Assembly (NCBI GenBank): GCA_018985225.1
Contig: JADGIF010000425.1
Span: forward strand, 1 to 8,836
Reading direction: 5' to 3'
Source: Amoeboradix gromovi X-113
Taxonomy: Eukaryota; Fungi; Sanchytriomycota
Length of the DNA: 8,836 bases
Each line of letters starts with the position of its first letter. Position 1 is the stretch's first letter. The translations under genes were made by a program, and so were the position numbers. Below the pieces are notes generated by a model, which was not told the DNA's origin, ran no database searches, and saw only the letters and a list, made by a program, of their open reading frames with translations. Of the stretch, positions 6,606 through 8,836 are shown in pieces.

Positions 6606-6968
6606 TTACCCAAACCTGATGCTGGAGTTTCCACCAGGCTGCTGAGTTACTCGAGTAGAAGGTTTGTAGGCATTCACTTGTGGATTTCCAGAAATTGGAT
6701 TATGCGCTACGCTCTTCTTTGCAGTACTATCATCGTCGTCTTCCAATCCAAATTTAATTTGGCTAACTCCTCCCTGACATCCCGGAACGATTACTCTAGT
6801 AGAAGGCTTAAAATTTCGTGAGTCTAATTCAGCCTTATTCTCCAAGTTATCGACGTTGTCGTCTCCAAACTTAATTTGACTAATTCCTCCTTGGCACCCA
6901 GGTACAATCACTCGAGTGGAAGGCTTGTATTTTCCATCATCGGACAAATTGTAAATTTGCTGTTCCAT
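6606..6968 (-). CDS. Small PGG-repeat protein, SPIRAL1/Jupiter(HN1)-like, putative microtubule-associated
   Basis: Three repeats of (Y/F)KPSTRV...GGxSxIxFG. The last, KPSTRVTQQPGGNSSIRFG, resembles the SPIRAL1 C-terminal RPSTKVHAAPGGGSSL..LFG motif. Confidence 0.7.
   Translation of the reverse strand: MEQQIYNLSDDGKYKPSTRVIVPGCQGGISQIKFGDDNVDNLENKAELDSRNFKPSTRVIVPGCQGGVSQIKFGLEDDDDSTAKKSVAHNPISGNPQVNAYKPSTRVTQQPGGNSSIRFG
6747..6929 (-). repeat. Intragenic 66-nt repeat pair (6929-6864 and 6812-6747) with a third shorter copy at 6668-6609
   Basis: 22-codon units identical at 20/22 amino acids, with 11 synonymous codon differences by hand comparison. Confidence 0.9.
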
Positions 6969-7015
6969 CTATGTTTTCTCCGTTAAAAAATAAATCAAAA
7001 TCATGCAGGCCTTAA

Positions 7016-7621
7016 ATGCTATTTAACAGACAAAAAACTCTAGAACAGAAATTAAAGCTAAACCCATATCACCCATTTACTCTTAGTGTTCAGAATAGTC
7101 AAGTAAATGTTGAAAGTATATTCACCTATACTCAGCGGCCTAAAAGGTTTTATTATTTTGGATTATGCGGAATTGCAACTGCAATAATTTTAGTGTTCAT
7201 CATGTGTACATCAAGTCTCGAGAATCCATACTTACTAATACTCATTTTCTCATTGCTTGTAAATGTGTTAGGAGCTTTTCACTCTAGAAACAAAATCACA
7301 TACACAATCAATCACAAATCAAAGAATTATCAAGTTCGCAGCGGAGACTCCATATTTAACGGTTCTCTCTACAACGTTTATATCCGACTAGTGAAAGTAA
7401 GTTTTCCTGCATTACAGAAGAACTCAAGAATTCACTATCAGTTGTACCTGAAAGGTTTTAGTATAAAGAGTGTTTTCATTGGAGAAATGAAAGGGAAGCA
7501 ACAGCTTAGACTACTCGGACAGTACCTGGCGCAAAATTTGAATATAAACTATTTTGACGATAATAACACAAGTGAGCATCATGTTGTACGCTATACGAAA
7601 TCAGGATTAGATAATAAATAG
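7016..7621 (+). CDS. TMEM249: TMEM249 (CatSper channel auxiliary subunit theta) homologue
   Basis: LKLNPYHPF resembles LKNNSFYPF. Two TM segments follow, then GSLYNVYIRL (GPLHLVYVRL) and LGQYLAQNLNINYFDDNNTSEHHVVR ([26 protein letters not shown]). Confidence 0.85.
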   Translation: MLFNRQKTLEQKLKLNPYHPFTLSVQNSQVNVESIFTYTQRPKRFYYFGLCGIATAIILVFIMCTSSLENPYLLILIFSLLVNVLGAFHSRNKITYTINHKSKNYQVRSGDSIFNGSLYNVYIRLVKVSFPALQKNSRIHYQLYLKGFSIKSVFIGEMKGKQQLRLLGQYLAQNLNINYFDDNNTSEHHVVRYTKSGLDNK

Positions 7622-7739
7622 TTTTAAACTCACAAATTTACTGTTTAGTAGAATTGCTTTCTTAAAAATGAAGAATTCTTTAAGAGAAAATAATAATGCT
7701 AATCAATTCACTACATTGGTAACATGAGCCTCTAATACC

Positions 7740-7964
7740 GTAGGTGGGATCGAACAGGGATGCATATAGTCTCTACCTGCTACTTAATGATAGCTTCTTC
7801 AGATTCTCATACCTCATACACATTTGAATTATAACTGCTTAACTAGATTCCAGCAAAATCTCTCATTTTTACCACACTTGAATTCAAGTTTTTGAAATGA
7901 ATAATGTAATGTCTTCGTGCTGTCGAGGGACATCATAGGGCCTAGTAGAAGAATGTGATGTCCT
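7740..7964. ncRNA. Unidentified structured element, copy A
   Basis: Core 7745-7765 is 18/21 identical to 8666-8686. Also a GTAG...CTAC stem, a long-range pairing 7750-7757 with 7920-7926, and a 10-bp hairpin 7927-7936/7955-7964. Confidence 0.4.
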
Positions 7965-8134
7965 AGCCGGATTATATCTTAAGCATTAACATGCTCTGGC
8001 TGAGAAAAACATATTTTCGTATTTTTATTTAATTACAAAATTTCACCAAGAAGATACATTGGCGCGATAAAATCGATGTAATCACCATAGATGTTTTATT
8101 AAATGAGAATCATTAACTGATTTAATTTTGCAGC

Positions 8135-8500
8135 ATGGGGGGTCGAGTCAGCAAGCCCATTGCAAAAGCATCGCAAGCTGCACAAAAACCAACGGCAGTT
8201 CCTGACATGGGCCATGAAATTGCAAGTAACATGTCTAAACTGGATATTCATGCCTTTCGAGAGAATTTGCCTCCGAGAAATAACAAATTTATCGAGGTTA
8301 AAAACTCTAGTGTTGATATTATTTCTATCAACAACTGCAAACTACTATTTAAAGATGCAAAACAAATGGGAAATCATGAGCTAGCCGATAAATATAGATT
8401 AAGCCACGGTTTTGTCAGTAAGTTGACAAAATCATATGAATGGCCAGAATATCAAAAAATTGAAAAGCCAGTAACTAGCAAGTTTGGAAGAACACTGTAG
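8135..8500 (+). CDS. NDUFAF4-like mitochondrial complex I assembly factor (putatively N-myristoylated)
   Basis: MGGRVS fits the MGxxxS myristoylation motif. C-terminal IISINNCKLLF...ELADKYRLSHGFVSKLTKSY resembles NDUFAF4 KISIVEALTLL...KIMQEYQLEQKDVNSLLKYF. Similarity is weak. Confidence 0.5.
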   Translation: MGGRVSKPIAKASQAAQKPTAVPDMGHEIASNMSKLDIHAFRENLPPRNNKFIEVKNSSVDIISINNCKLLFKDAKQMGNHELADKYRLSHGFVSKLTKSYEWPEYQKIEKPVTSKFGRTL

Positions 8501-8657
8501 ATTTGGTTTTTTGTCCTTTTCTCGAATTTTGACAAAATAAATCTAAAATTTATATTACTTCTCATGAAAGACCTGCTTTCATAACATATCAAGAGTCTTA
8601 ACAAAGAAACTAAGAACTCAAGTCGATTTGCTAAAGTGGCTACTCACACTTCCATTC

Positions 8658-8836
8658 GGTAGAGATGGGGTTGAACAAGGATGCATGTGTCTACCCTATG
8701 GGACATGCTCTGTAAAAACTAGACTAGGGGTAAAAAGCAGGTGACGAGATTTACCCAGCTGAAGTTTTCACAGTAGTGTCCCATATTTCTTCACCTAGGC
8801 AATAGGCGAAACTACTTTATCAGTGATCCTTTGTCG
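8658..8836. ncRNA. Unidentified structured element, copy B (probably continues past the right edge)
   Basis: Stems GGTAGA/TCTACC (8658-8663/8690-8695), TATGGGACA/TGTCCCATA (8697-8705/8777-8785), 8710-8720/8763-8773, GGGTAAA/TTTACCC (8728-8734/8750-8756) and 8790-8797/8803-8810. Long-range pairing of 8672-8682 with 8826-8836. Confidence 0.55.

Noticed and set aside
7763-7997. Group I intron-like words on the minus strand (GCTTAAGATATAATCC, S-like; GTAGAGACTATATG, R-like)
   Set aside because: They occur in the wrong order, P7 would contain a mismatch, and no P4-P6 core or host exon is evident.
8160-8384. 74-aa overlapping plus-strand ORF
   Set aside because: TTG start, alternative frame within the 8135-8500 gene.
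8645-8830. HDV-like (CGAATGG), hammerhead-like (CTGATAA...GAAA) and U3-like (AGGATCA) words on the minus strand
   Set aside because: The required helices (P3/P1.1, stem III with UH) and C/D boxes cannot be formed.

Overview
Gene-dense, AT-rich eukaryotic DNA read in the standard genetic code, from a flagellated organism. An early-diverging zoosporic fungus or other holomycotan with a compacted genome is my inference, not something I can prove. Minus strand: YIF1 (split by a 19-nt GT-AG intron), CFAP45, the 5' end of a 3-hydroxyacyl-CoA dehydrogenase and a PGG-repeat (SPIRAL1/Jupiter-like) protein. Plus strand: TEX261/SVP26, an eIF2-alpha-family kinase with a PAS-like N-terminus, DNAL4, TMEM249 (CatSper-theta) and an NDUFAF4-like protein. 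The most interesting signals are at the RNA level: (i) an ultra-short 19-nt intron whose removal restores the conserved YIF1 C-terminus; (ii) spacers of only 41-58 nt between several genes, with a recurring acceptor-like YAG|G(C/T)C motif just upstream of start codons; (iii) a GC-rich four-hairpin element carrying an AG|GTAAG donor (U1-like CTTACCT on the other strand); and (iv) two related, unidentified structured elements with a covarying long-range helix. Together these raise the untested hypothesis of a miniaturised splicing system, possibly with polycistronic transcription and trans-splicing. All family assignments come from motif recognition by eye; no searches were run.
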